NCBI GenBank assembly: GCA_964016885.1
Contig: OZ024752.1
Location: forward strand, 44,826,001-44,890,000
Reading direction: 5' to 3'
Length of the DNA: 64,000 nucleotides
Source: Eledone cirrhosa
Lineage: Eukaryota
The stretch's first letter is position 1; every line of letters begins with the position of its first letter. This document shows positions 1-13,962 of this stretch, piece after piece. The position numbers and the translations under genes are program-made. The notes under the pieces were generated by a model that ran no database searches, was not told the origin of the DNA, and worked only from the letters and a program-made list of their open reading frames with translations.

Positions 1-399
1 AGTGTATCGATAAGTTAATAAGTTATTGATACTAATAGTAGCTCTAATAATTATAATAATGGTTAATAATTAATAATAAAAAAAACAACATTTAGCAGTA
101 AACTAGAAATGATAGGTCATGCAGATTGAGAGAATTACTGGTGAACGAAGTTTCGAAGTAATTTTCAAAACCAACTCCGAAGCATGAAATTGTTATATAA
201 AGTTATAAAACGAAAATAAACTAAGAAAAGAGACTAAGATAGAAAACTGATCGTATATTGTGTATGTTTGCTATTGTTGTATATAGTGAAATAATAATAA
301 AAAAGTAACAGTAAGTAGAGACATTCGCTGTAATATAGAGTCTAGTTGGTATGGAAGTGGTGTTTTTGAAGATACAACAACCACAGCAGTAATATAATT

Positions 400-478
400 G
401 TTTCAACTTTTGGCACAAGGCCAGCAATTATACCCAGTGCATTAGTGGTACTTTATTTTATCGACCCCGTAAGGATGA
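400..478 (-). mobile_element. MetaSINE-like fragment (others at 2830-2990, 12870-12990, 18915-19055, 23920-24060, 57110-57250, 58830-58897)
   Basis: Shared core sequence. Confidence 0.65.
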
Positions 479-1186
479 GTAGTAATATAATGTTAGTTAA
501 TAATTGTGATGGAGACGACGGAGGGGGGTAGTGTGCTTTAATAACATCCGTAAGCTAATTAAACCACAATTAATGAGGACTCCCTACCAGTTACCAGAGA
601 CGATGAATAACAAGAAATATGATGTGGAAGGTACGATCAGACAATTGTGAAGAATAACTTATATATATATATATAGTAATAATAATTACGAAGACCAAAA
701 TCCGAAGAGGGCTCGATATTAGAAGATCCCGTTATAAAGTGAAAGCGATTCTTTTCTTAAACTTTAATCTGTGCTACTAATATATATAATATATATATAT
801 ATATGTGTGTGTGAATGGGATTAAGATTAAACTGTTAGGGAAAGGAATCTGGCCTTTCCAACACCTCCCTCCAACCTTATTAAGCCATAATTCAGGAGAC
901 CAAACGACGACCACAGATACAAGATGTACAGCAACGTGGTGAGGAATGAATAAAATCAGGTAATTTTAAAGAATAAATAATAGGTGAAATAAATATAAAT
1001 ATGAGTAAAAAAGACAATCTGTGTTAATAAAAAAGGATCGGAAAGGAAACTAACCGTTAGCGATGTCGTCGAAAGTGGTGGAATAAAGAGAGACGTCTGT
1101 TTGGTTAAGGAGCCATTTGTCAATGAAACCTGATTAAAGAAGACGACCACAAGACAGCTGGTCGCACTAACCTGATCACAGTAGTG

Positions 1187-1227
<41 letters not shown>

Positions 1228-1644
1228 TTGTATATATGAAGAGTCAACTAACTGCTATAAGCTGTGAATGTATATAATTTGTCGATTAGTTTATCAAGAG
1301 CGAGGCATTATTATACTGACCGTGATTGATGTGGTGTCTTCTCTTCTAATGTAAAATCCTCTGCTCCACGTTGTGACTAGACTCTATTAGACTTCTGTTG
1401 CTATTGTTTTATTGTTAGTCGCTATACAAGTTTATTGTTCCTTTCTTTTAGATTTCATCTAATTCAGCCGACTGCAACCACACACACACACACACACACA
1501 AAGGCAGGGATATATATTTATTATATATATATATATAATATGTATATTATATATATATATATATATATATAATAGCTACGGTGAAGAATACAACATCTGG
1601 AGAGTGTGTGTGTGTGAAACAGTTTCTAGTCACACAACTACCAT

Positions 1645-2272
1645 GTGGTAGAGAGAGATACTTTAGTAATGACTGAGGGAGAGAGAGGCTGGGAGACTGT
1701 AGTAGTGACAGAGAGAGAGGGGCTGGGAGACTGTAGTAGTGACAGAGAGAGAGGGGTTGGGAGACTGTAGTAGTGACAGAGAGAGAGGGGCTGGGAGACT
1801 GTAGTAGTGATTGAGAGAGGCTGGGAGACTGTAGTAGTGACAGAGAGAGAGAGAGGGGCTGGGAGACTGTAGTAGTGACAGAGAGAGAGAGGGGCTGGGA
1901 GATTGTAGTAGTGACTGAGAGAGGCTGGGAGACTTTAGTAGTGACTGAGAGAGAGGGGCTGGAAGACTGTAGTAGTGACTGAGAGAGAGAGGGGCTGGGA
2001 GACTGAGGGAGAGAGAGGCTGGGAGACTGTAGTAGTGACAGAGAGAGAGAGAAGGGCTAGGAGACTGTAGTAGTGACTGAGAGAGAGGGGCTGGGAGACT
2101 GTGGTAATGACAGAGAGAGAGGGGCTGTACTAGTGACTGAGAGAGAGAGAGACTGTAGTAGTAACTGAGAGAGAGAGAGAGAGAGAGACTGAGAGACCGT
2201 AGTAGTGATTGAGAGAGGGAGAAGAGAGAGACTGTAGTAGGGATTGAGAGAGAGAGAGAGAGAGAGAGAGAA
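1645..2272. repeat. GA-rich minisatellite (gctgggagactgtagtagtgac(ag)n)
   Basis: About 17 variable-length units. Confidence 0.85.
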
Positions 2273-3364
2273 AACCTATTAGAGAGAAAAAGAGAAATTT
2301 TGTTATTGGTAAACTTTGTAAATATACATACAGGCATGTATGTATGTGTATACATAAATATATAATACGTGTATAATGTGGAAAGTTAGTCAAACTAATT
2401 TTGATAGTGTTTATACAAACACTTTAACGCATCAAAGAAATTTACTATTAAAACCATAACTTTTTTCTTTTCTTTTATTCAAAACGAGAGACCCCCTAGT
2501 CTTCACTAAGACTTCTAGGAGAAGGTCACTCTAATATAAAACCTGACACTTCGTTTACATCCAATGATGTAGACCAGATCTTCTTTTGGGCAAATGTATT
2601 CGATGTTGAGAGAGTTGGATTGGTCTCGTGCAAAGGCTTTCCTCACTTAAAAAAGCTTCAAGTGCAGGCGTTGCTTTGATATGTGACATTTGATATACTT
2701 GCCATAGGCAAGTCCCTAGTCCCTAACAGGACTAAAAAGCCACGTCCGTGATGAGAGAGATTCGTGGATTCGTGGCCGAAGGGAATCAGTGTGTGAAGTT
2801 GATATGGAATATAGAGTAGACAATTATCTGATTTAGGCACAAGGCCAACAATTTAAAGTGGCAGGGACAAAGTCGATTAAATTTACCCCAGTGCATTACT
2901 GGTACTTTATTTTATCGACCCCGTAAGGATGAAAGGCAAAGTTAACCTCGGTGAGATTTGAACTCAGAAAGTCAAGGGACATAACTCTATGTAAAAAAAA
3001 AAAAAACAGCGTCAGATTACAAAGACTTTTTCTAGAACAACAAATGCTAAGTATAAGTGCTTCTCCTGCAGTTGTCACATTAGGATGGTGACATCTGTAG
3101 GCGCAGGGCAGGATTTAATGGGGGTGCAATTGCCCTGGGCTCGCTCCTGCAGTGTGGGGGGTGTAGCAATTTACTTATGCTCTCAGCTTGGCTTTTTATG
3201 AAAGCTTTAGGATGGTTAGAATTTTTTAATTTAACACCTGTATGTATAACTTTTCAATTCTAATTACTTGCACAAAGCTAACTTTGATATGTAAAATTGG
3301 TAGTAGTGGTGGAGGGGTTGCTGTGTATCCTAATTTTCTGTGTATGCCCCCCCCCCCCCCCCGT

Positions 3365-3695
3365 TTCACTGCCCCTCATGTGGAGAAAGAAAGAACCATT
3401 CATAAACATGTTTTCAAGCTCAGAGTTGCTGAAGCATGGAACAAACTACCTGCATCAGTTGTTAGCTGCCGAGACACTGCATCCTTTAAAACGTCCATGT
3501 TTCCTGAAATTCTCCAACACTACACCTGATATTCCCCCTCCATACACACACACACACACACACATGTTTATCATGACTCATACACTGTTCACTTTCCTGA
3601 CATTTGTACATTATTCTATATACTATACATGCACATTTGATGAGTTGTAGTGCACCTGAGCACTGCACACAAGAATTTCATTATTATTATTATTA
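3365..3695 (+). mobile_element. CR1/L2-type LINE 3' end
   Basis: KHVFKLRVAEAWNKLPASVVSCRDTASFK followed by UTR and (ATT)n. Confidence 0.7.
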
Positions 3696-3696
3696 T

Positions 3697-3905
3697 GGTG
3701 GTGGATTGGCAGTGTCGGTAGAGGGTCGGGCATCAGGCTTTGACGCATAAAGTTATTTTCCTTTACGGTCTGAGTTCAAATCCCGTCGAGGTTAACTTTG
3801 CCTTTCACCCTTACGGGGGTCGTTAAATTAAAGTACCAGTAATACACTGGGACAATTGCTGGCCTTGGGCCAAAAGTAGAAACAATTATTATTATTATTA
3901 TTATT
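3697..3905 (+). mobile_element. tRNA-derived SINE (MetaSINE-like) with (ATT)n tail
   Basis: A-box-like ggattggcagtgtcggtag, B box gagttcaaatcc, core aactttgcctttca...ggggtcg...aagtaccag; many copies in the window. Confidence 0.8.
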
Positions 3906-5380
3906 ATTTTAAACCATCTTCTGTTTGTTGATGATCTGAGACTTGTTTGGGATGTCTGAAAACCAGATAGATTCTTTGGTTTAAATAGTTTAGATTTGCA
4001 GCAGTGATATCGGTTTGGAATTTCGGATCTCCAAACACTCTTTGCTAAATATGAATCGAGGGGATAAATAGCAACCTGTAGTGGATTAAACCTGCCATCG
4101 GGAGAAACCATTAGGGAACCTGAAGTTAGTGGAAACAAGGAATTTTAAACCGGGGGACATTTTACTTGAAAGAAAAGGTTAGAGAGACATATTTGCAGAG
4201 AGAGTAAAAATGATCTTAAAATCAAACCTCATGCATGGAGTACTCCCATGATTAGTGGTCTCCTTGGTTACAGCACAGAGAGAGGGGGGAAGGGGGAGAG
4301 GGGAGTAAGAGAGAGATGGATGGGGGGGGAGAAAGAGAGGGGTGGGGGTGGAATAAGGTGGAATACAGGTATACAGACAAAGAAAAGAGATTAATCAGAA
4401 AATGTTTTGTTTTATATTTATTTTATCATTTTAATATAATTTCAACTTTGGTTATTGAACTGTGAATATAAATATTCCATTCCTCTTCTCACCTCAACTG
4501 GTGCCTCTTCTTCCTTTTAGTATCACCAGCATCATCATTACCATCAACACCACCACCACCACCTCCACCAACGCCACCATCACCACCACCACCATAACCA
4601 CCGCCATCATCACCACCACCACTACCCCCACCCCCTATCAACACCACCACTGCCATCATCACCACCATCAACACCACCACCACCATAACCACCACCACCA
4701 CCACCACCATCATCATCATCATCTATTGCAATAAGATGACTGTTGGATTAAACTTTTAGCTGTGAATCTGAGTGAAATGTCAAGTGGAGAATGAGTTGAG
4801 ATTTATGAGGGAAACAATGTCAACAACAACAACAGCAGCAGTGTTAACAACAACAACAACAACAACAACATGACCAATGCCAGCAACAACAACAACACTA
4901 TTAACAATGTCAACAACAACAGTCTATTTGATAGGCTTCCAAACAGTTTCTGTCCACCCAATTTCACTGAAGTCTTATTTTAATCCAAGACTATGGCAAA
5001 TCAGTTGAATCTAGAAGCTAATAACTGCGAAGCCAACTCCTTAACAATTCCTTCCACACTGGATGATAGAGTCTGGCTAAGAAAGACGATAGAAGTTGAC
5101 CCAAGTCATGTCACTGAATAGTTTTATTGGGATCCCATCAGAGGGGTTGTACATGTAATCCAAAGATTAGGTTTTGTCACACATATTTCACCTGAGTATC
5201 ACGTTAAAAGTACACGTGACTGTGGATCTCTGGCTCACTTGCATTTTAATTCAATTTTGTTGTATCTGACAGAGATTTATCTTTTAAAATATTTTTTTAA
5301 CACACACACACACACATGTATACATGTATGTATATATATATGTGTGTGTGTGAGTATATATATATATGTGTGTGTGTATG

Positions 5381-5442
<62 letters not shown>

Positions 5443-6316
5443 GGGGGTGAATGTGTGGGTATGTTGAGTTATTTCCCCTGATAGCTAACATAATTATTTC
5501 CCAATTATCAAACTCGTGAGAAGAAGAGAAAGAAAGGAATTAACAAACAACAAAAACACACCAAAAAATGCGTAAATAAAACAAAACAAAAAGAAGAAAA
5601 CTTGACACCTTTCTATCATAAATGGAATCAATCGATAATTGACTGGCAGATCTAAATTTTGAGCTGTTTTAACAGGAAGTTGTATTTCCAAGACACTGGA
5701 ATATTTTACTAATTATTCTTGGGTTGGTTTCTTGATTTTTTAAACTACTTTTTATTTAATTTTTGTTGTTGTTATTGTTGTTGTTATGTCCTTATTCTAC
5801 ATCGTTTTACAGGAGAATTGATTGTATATTGTTTATGCATGTGTACACACACACATACTCATATATATACATACATACATATATATATATACATACATAC
5901 ATATATATATACATACATACACACACATACACATATATATATATATATATGTTTGTATGTATGGCTATTTATGAAGGTACCCAGAAAAAACCCTATATGT
6001 TGGGAACCTGTGCTCCGATTTATGTAAAACTTGTTTTATTCCATTTCTATTCCCATTTCAGGGGCAACTTCCTTTCAAAGTATTTTCGTAATAGGCGCCA
6101 TTTTGGGTGCATTAAATTACAGACAAGCACACAATCACAGAGTTTTAGTAGTATATATATATATATATATATAAATGTGGTTGGCATTAGAAAGGGCATC
6201 CAGCCTGAAGCACCCTATATGAGCAAGACACGGTCACCGGACACAACTTGCTTCAAAATAGGACCAGTCTAACCCATGCTAGCATGGAAAATGGATGTTA
6301 ATCGATGATGATGATG

Positions 6317-6355
<39 letters not shown>

Positions 6356-6894
6356 CACATACACTACATACACACATATATATATGTGTGTGTATGTGTA
6401 TGTATGTACATATACTTTACTTTAAAACTGGGGCTGGTGTAGGGTTTTCACCAGAAGCCCTAACAATCTCAGAGGAAGTTCACATTTAAGGTTTGTTGAT
6501 CAAATTACTGTAGCAGCCCCCTCCATTTACCTGTCCGCCCCTCCATTTACCTGTCCGCCCCTCCATTTATCTGCCCCCCCCCCCCCCCCCTCCATTTACC
6601 TGTTATCCATTTCTACTTTGATCAGTTTACTGATTTCCTATTGAATTGATCAATAAATACAAATTTACAGCAACAACAACAACACATACAACAACAACAA
6701 TAACAAAAACAACAACAACATCAACTACAACAACAAGAACAACAACATAAGCAGCAGCAACAACAACAATAACAGCAGCAGCAGCAATAACAACAGTACC
6801 ATAATAGATTTATATAATAAACTAAAGCATGGAAATGTAGAACCATCTCTTCATATTTATTTAGATACCAATACTCCCACTGAGGTTATAGCTT

Positions 6895-7365
6895 TGTCTT
6901 TCATCCTTACGGGGTTGATAAAATAAAGTACCAGTCACGCACTGGGGTCGATTTAATCGACTTTCCCCGCCCCTGACCTTGTGTCTAAAATAGAAACAAT
7001 TATTATCATTATTATTATTATTAAAGTACCAGTAATCTACTGGGATAATTGCTGGCCTTGTGCCAAAAGTAGAAACAATTATTATTATTATTATTAAAGT
7101 ACCAGTAATGTACTGGAATAATTGCTGGCCTTGTGCCAAAAGTAGAAACAATTATTATTATTATTATTAAAGTACCAGTAATGTACTGGGATAATTGCTG
7201 GCCTTGTGCCAAAAGTAGAAACAATTATTATTATTATTATTAAAGTACCAGTAATGTACTGGAATAATTGCTGGCCTTGTGCCAAAAGTAGAAACATTTA
7301 TTATTATTATTAAAGTACCAGTAATGTACTGGGATAATTGCTGGCCTTGTGCCAAAAGTAGAAAC
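6895..7365 (+). repeat. MetaSINE-like copy whose 3' 73-bp unit is tandemly amplified about 5 times
   Basis: Unit aaagtaccagtaatgtactggaataattgctggccttgtgccaaaagtagaaacaattattattattattatt; a further unit at about 7600-7685. Confidence 0.8.
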
Positions 7366-7656
7366 ATCATCATTATCATTTTACGTCCGCTTTTCCCTGC
7401 TTGCAAGGGTGGGACGGGTCCTATTCAGCACAGCATCTCTCCACTCGTCACGGTCCCTCGTCATCTCCACCGTGAGCTTCAATGATCTGAGGTCTGTTCT
7501 CACCACCTCCGCCCATGTTTTTCATGGTCTACCTCTACCACGTCTTCCTTCAACTGGCAATTCCTGGCACTTCTTCACCAATTATTATTATTATTATTAT
7601 TAAAATACCAGTAATGCACTGGAATAATTGCTGGCCTTGTGCCAAAAGTAGAAACA

Positions 7657-7688
<32 letters not shown>

Positions 7689-8237
7689 AATTTCCATAAT
7701 CTTTTTCTCCATTTCTTGCACCAATCAATGGAATCAGTTATTTACAGCAAACTGAGAAACCTACTTTTGCTGGATTTAGCAAAACAATTTTGAAAGCTCT
7801 AAATTATCTCTTATCTATTTCCTTTCTTTGTTTTCCTTTCTCTTCTCTTTTTTTTCTCCTTTCTTTCTTCCTTTCATCTTTTCTTTCTCTTTAATCGTTT
7901 CATTTTTTTTTGTGTCTGTCCTGTTTATTTTTTAAGCCCCCCCCTCTCTCTCTCTCTTTCTCTCTGTGTATATGTGTGTGTATATGTGTGTGTGTATGTG
8001 TGTGTGTGTATTTCTTTTTTTTTTATATTTTATTTCCATTTGTTTCATTGGTGGAAGGTATTTTTTTTAAAACAGAATTATTTGTGTATTTTGTAAGTAA
8101 ACAACTTTAAAAGTATGTAGGCGTTTGATGATTGAATATATTTTACTAACAATGATATGTTATGAGTTTGTACAAGGGGCACCGATTAAAAATTAAAAAC
8201 ATTGTAGGTTAGGGAATATATATATATATACACATAT

Positions 8238-8403
8238 ATGAGTAGGACCCCGACGGCTGAGCTCAAGCCATTTCGACGGCTAATTCTGGACTTGAGCTCA
8301 GCCGTCGGGGTCCTACTCGTTCCTATTACCCACTCTACTACCCTAAGTATTGAGTACTTTGGTGCATTATGGTCCACCTGGTTCCTTACCACATTTCCTT
8401 CGT

Positions 8404-8496
<93 letters not shown>

Positions 8497-8513
8497 GTAT
8501 ATATATATATATA

Positions 8514-8611
<98 letters not shown>

Positions 8612-8777
8612 ACGAAGGAAATGTGGTAAGGAACCAGGTGGACCATAATGCACCAAAGTACTCAATACTTAGGGTAGTAGAGTGGGTAATAGGAACGAGT
8701 AGGACCCCGACGGCTGAGCTCAAGTCCAGAATTAGCCGTCGAAATGGCTTGAGCTCAGCCGTCGGGGTCCTACTCAT
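8238..8777. mobile_element. Nested inverted repeat: two roughly 168-bp copies of a (TA)n-inserted repeat, tail to tail (probable Penelope-like ends)
   Basis: 8238-8406 is the reverse complement of 8609-8777, with a (TA)n spacer; other copies at 41856-42050, 45523-45700, 61906-61985, 62120-62262. Confidence 0.75.
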
Positions 8778-10319
8778 TCCTATATATATATATACATATA
8801 TATATATCCAATTATCGATCCATCTCTTTTTATTTATCTGTCTGTCTGTCTGTCTATCTATCTATCAATATATCTATATATCCATCTATCTATCTATCTC
8901 TATCCATCCATCTATCTATCTATCTCTATCCATCCATCTATCTATCTATCTATCTCTATCCATCCATCTATCTATCCATCTATCAATATATCTATCTATC
9001 TATATATCTATCAATATATCCATCTATCTATCTATCAATATATCTATCTATTCATCTACCATTAACAGTCATTCCAATTACAAATTTATATAAACACAGA
9101 GATACCGATGTAAAATCTCCTATCCACAGTCAGCCTGTAAATATATCCAAGTAAGAAATATCTACAAATAGAAGCAATTTACTAAAATAAGATAAAAGAA
9201 TCTAAAATAACTTCTACCATTTATCTGAATATTGTTTATTTCTTCAGATGATTCACATGTTAAGTTTTTGAAATTCAAGCACTAAAAGACTAAACATCCA
9301 ATCCTAGAAATAATAACAGAAGACATTATCAGTTCCTTGGTTTTGTTTTCACTAGACACATGGCCTTATGGAATATAGAACACATCCAATATGTTTGGTA
9401 AAGTAATGAATGAATCTTGGAACCATGCCAGCACTAGAGTAGAGATGACTATTAGGTAATCTTCTCCACTGAAGCATCGGCTAGCCTTGCTGGGTCCATG
9501 ACATGGGTTTGGCAGCACTAGAGTGTGTGTGACAGCTCACACCTATGCAGGTTTAGCTGGCCTCCTCCAAGGTATATCTTGTTGGCGGTGTCTTGGGTGA
9601 TTAAATGATAGGGAACCCAGTCCTATCATCTCATTTCTACAGCTGAGTAAACTGGAGCAATGTGAAATAAAGTGTCTTGCTCAAGGAAACAACACATCAC
9701 CCTGTTTGAGAATTGAACTCACAACCTTTCGATTGGAAGCCCAATGCTCTAACCACAAAGCCATGGCAGCACTAGAGTAAGAGATGACTATGAAGGTCAT
9801 CTTCTCCACTGGAGCAAGGACTAGCCTTGCTGGGTCCATGACATGGGTTCATTTTTTTGAGGCAATAATTTCCAACTGGATGTCTTTTACAACATGCTGG
9901 TATATGATGTACCTGTTCTAAACTAGATACACACACAGAAACAACCTGCCATTATGTACTTCACACCAAGAAATTATCCTCTGCTACACAACCTAAAACA
10001 ATATCTCTAGCTTAGAAACAGTAACAAAACAAGATATAAGAATCAGTTACTAATTAACTATGAAGGTGAAAGAGAAAAAATTGAATTTTTCTTTTCTTAT
10101 TTTTACTTTATGGTTGATGTTTTCTTGTTTAAAGAAAAAAATCAATTTATAATTTTTCTTTCTTACCCACATTTTTTTATTAAATATTTTATTAACTTGT
10201 TTGTAAATTTTTCTGATTAATTCTTCACTCTTAAATTTAACAATATGTTGTAAATATTGGATCATGACACTTTCATTACTATATTTCTATTGAAAGACAT
10301 TATCTATAATTTTTTAAAT

Positions 10320-10382
<63 letters not shown>

Positions 10383-11324
10383 AAAACCAAATAAATAACA
10401 TAAGATGGAGAAATTGGAACAAAATCAAAATGAAGAAAAGACACAGGAAATGGTCATTGAAAAGGTCACAAATGTGTGACAAAAGAACTTTGACAAATAA
10501 CCATCAAACAGCTAAATCAAATGATGAATGGATTAGTTGACTGTCTAATAATAAAAATCAAAGTGAATCTTATCCGGTGCGTATGTTTTTTTATTGGCAG
10601 CATAACCCTCATGGATTAAGATGTACAGTCATCTTTCAAACTTTCTGTAAAATTCTTAATTTCGAAAATTCATTACAATTGTGTGTGTATATGTATATAT
10701 TGTCTTTATCTGTTTATGTATTAACGTGTAGATGTGTGAATGTAACTAAAATGTAACGTACGTTACGAATGGTTTTAACTTGTTTTTTATCAATTGATGG
10801 TGGAAAAGATTTTAAATTGTCTTAACTCAGGCCGTAAAGGGCCGCAACTCATGGTGTCTGACACTCTTACCGGCTACATAGCCTCTTCCTATTTTAATTA
10901 GTACCATTTCGTTTCTAAATAAATGTGTGTTGAATTAATCCACGCAGTTCGTTTTAGGTCCCTCCATTACCGTTTTTTTATGCTCCTCATTTAAAAAAAA
11001 CTTTTATTGATATTATACAGTTAATAATTTAGTTCTTTATCATTTAAACTAACACAGAGACATTTTATGTGTTTAAAATAACAATTTATATCTCACAAAT
11101 AACTTTATTTCAGGTTATCACCAACGTAGAAAAATTAAATATTGCGTTTAACTTTAAAAAAATACATAATACTATTAATAATAAACAAATTAAACTCTAA
11201 ACAATAAATACTTAATTTATTATTTATTATCACCAAGTAATTAATATATTTAAGGTTTAATCAAGAAAGGTCGGAAATTAAATTATTTGCGTTTTGAGCG
11301 ATCAATATTAATCCCGCAGTTAAT

Positions 11325-11376
11325 CCTAACTTCCGGTAAAACCGGTGCTTTGTGAAGTGAACACTTGTCTGTAAGT
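11325..11376 (+). promoter_or_regulatory. Probable RBM17 promoter and non-coding first exon
   Basis: ETS-type ACTTCCGG at 11329-11336 in locally CpG-richer unique sequence; strong donor gtaagt at 11371 can splice to the acceptor at 12030. Confidence 0.55.
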
Positions 11377-12050
11377 AAAGATTTCGTTTTAAAACTAACT
11401 TATAAATCTTATTTTCACTTTCTCTCATTAATAACCAATATTTCTGTTATATATACACTACTGTTTGTAAATATATATACATTGCAGTGGATATTAAATA
11501 TTAAAATATACGTTAAGAGATAAAATCTACCGGCTTCTCCTAAGTCAGTGTTCTGTCGTGTTTTGTAAAATAGTCGGTCACATTTTTGTTTTAAATAAGG
11601 ATTTTTTAAAATTTATTAATTAACTTTAAGTTAAAATCTATTTTAAAACCTTGAATATTTCGAAAACTTTAGATACAAAAATTCAGCCCGATTACAGTTT
11701 AGAGTCCGCGACTCCAACTGTTTCTTTATACCTTAATAAAGTATGTCCATTACAATTTTTTACGTAAATCATAGTTGTAGAAATTTCATAACATTCCAGT
11801 ATAAAATATATTGATATTATATATATAAATATATAATGATATTATTTATTAGCAACAGCTAATTGAAAGGCACGATGAAAATATTTCAGATTTTATATTT
11901 ATCTTATTGCAAATACTGATCGAAAGTAAATGAAAAACTAACATGAGGAACGAATTTCAATAATGAAAGTACTTTTTAAAAATCAAATTATGATATTTTT
12001 TTCAGTGATCTTTCTGTTGTGTTATTTCAGTCTATCAATGTGTTTACATA

Positions 12051-12111
12051 ATGTCCTTATATGATGGAATTGACAACAAAGAAGGCGGAGATACTGCTAC
12101 AGATGTTGTCT
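12051..12111 (+). CDS. RBM17: RBM17 coding exon 1 ([20 protein letters not shown])
   Basis: Acceptor ttatttcag ends 12030, ATG 12051, donor gtaagt at 12112. Confidence 0.93.
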
Positions 12112-13930
12112 GTAAGTTGACCATTATTTCAATAGCGATACATGTCCACACATTATCTATGTTTAACCCTTTAACATTTATATTACTCTATATTTACTAT
12201 TATATTTTCTCAGTAACATATTGTTCTTATATAAAATTATGTTTTTTAAGATTTTAATTTAAATTGGAAACTTTTAAAACGAATGGTTTTGTTTCATAAA
12301 ACCAAAGCTAGCCAGGTTGTTATCAAGAGGGTTAAACTGCTAAACTTTATATTTGATGCTCTCTCTATCTCCCAAGACTGTTATATCCCTAAATATGTTT
12401 ATTTTTCTCTCATTTCCAGCTGGTTGGTCCTCTGCCTACAAATTATTACATTCTCAGTTACAAGCCAAGAAAATAGCCTCTCTACAGAACAAGGTTTGGA
12501 TAATACTTCTGTTTTGTTCACTTATATACTTATTTGTCTGTGAAGGCTGTAGTTTAGTGGTAAGCCTGTTTGGCTTTTATTACCATGACACCAGCATTAG
12601 AGAGGTTGTCATGTCTTTGACATTACTAAACAGTCCTCTCAATCATCTTGGCATGATTTCTGCAGCTGTATGTTTCTCAGAAAGTGTTGTTGTTGTTGTT
12701 AGTTCATTATTATATTCTTTGTTTTATGTTTTCATATTATTGTTTACAGCGCCAGAAACAAACTCCGATCATGGCACCAGTTGTGGACCTTAAGAAACAT
12801 GCTGACCTTACTGACCAACCATTACACTTTAACCAACAGACTGGTCGTGTAGGTATTAGTTTTTATTTTGTAAATGGCAGAGTTAGAACATTGGATAGAA
12901 TGTTTTACAGTATTTATTCTAGCTGTCTGAGATCTGAGTTCAAATGACAGAGGTTGATAAATAAAGTATCAGTCTAGTACTGGAGTCAATTCTTCCTCCT
13001 TATCTCTGTCTCACTCTCCCTCTCTGTTAACTCATTGTTAGAAGAATTTCTCAAACTAGTTTGTTTTGTACATTATTATTTAGTTCACTATGTAGTTTGG
13101 TTTATAAATCACCGTACATATGGGTGAAGAAATTTGAGGTGTTCCCAGCTGTAGTAAGTTGCAGGAGAGAAAAACCTGGGCAGAATTGGCGAGACTAGAT
13201 CTTAAAAACACTGCACCTCACAGAAGAACGAAGGAACACAACAAATGGATGGTGGCTGGAAAAGATCTGTTTAACCCTTTAGCATTTAAACCAGAGTTCT
13301 CTCACCGCTTTCTGTTGAAACCGGCCATAACCAGCTGCTTATACCTGTTAAGGTATTCTTCTCAAAATAAATAATATCAAAATCTTAAAGATTCGATATT
13401 ATGTGAGGTAAAGCCTTTACTGTGAAAATACAATAGTATATATAGAGTAATGTAGATGTTATGTGAGATATTATGTGAGGTAAAGCCTTTACTGTGAAAA
13501 TACAATAGTATATATAGAGTAATGTAAATGTTATGTGAGATATTATGTGAGGTAAAGCCTTTACTGTGAAAATACAATAGTATATATAGAGTAATGTCAA
13601 TGCTAAAGGATTAACTCATGCAGGTATGGAAAAATGAATATAGCAAGAAATGGCTGATGACTATGTGATAAGAACAATGATTTGAAGATTATTATTATTG
13701 CAATGTCTTTATATTCGGTTATTTCAGTTAGAACGGGGACCTCCGGCTTCGTTGGGTAGTTCACCATTTATAGCTTCTGAACCAGTGCCATCACTAACAG
13801 GGGTGACGGATGAGTATGATCCCTTAAGACCTAATGAATATGAAGAAATTGTGAAGAAGAGGAAGGAACAGAGGCAGAAGGAACGGGAAGAAGAGAAAAT
13901 CAAGAAAGATAAAGATCGAGATGATAAGTA

Positions 13931-13962
<32 letters not shown>

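Noticed and set aside
500-1200. Purine-rich unique blocks with donor-like sites at the window start
   Set aside because: No consistent frame, recognisable protein or paired splice sites.
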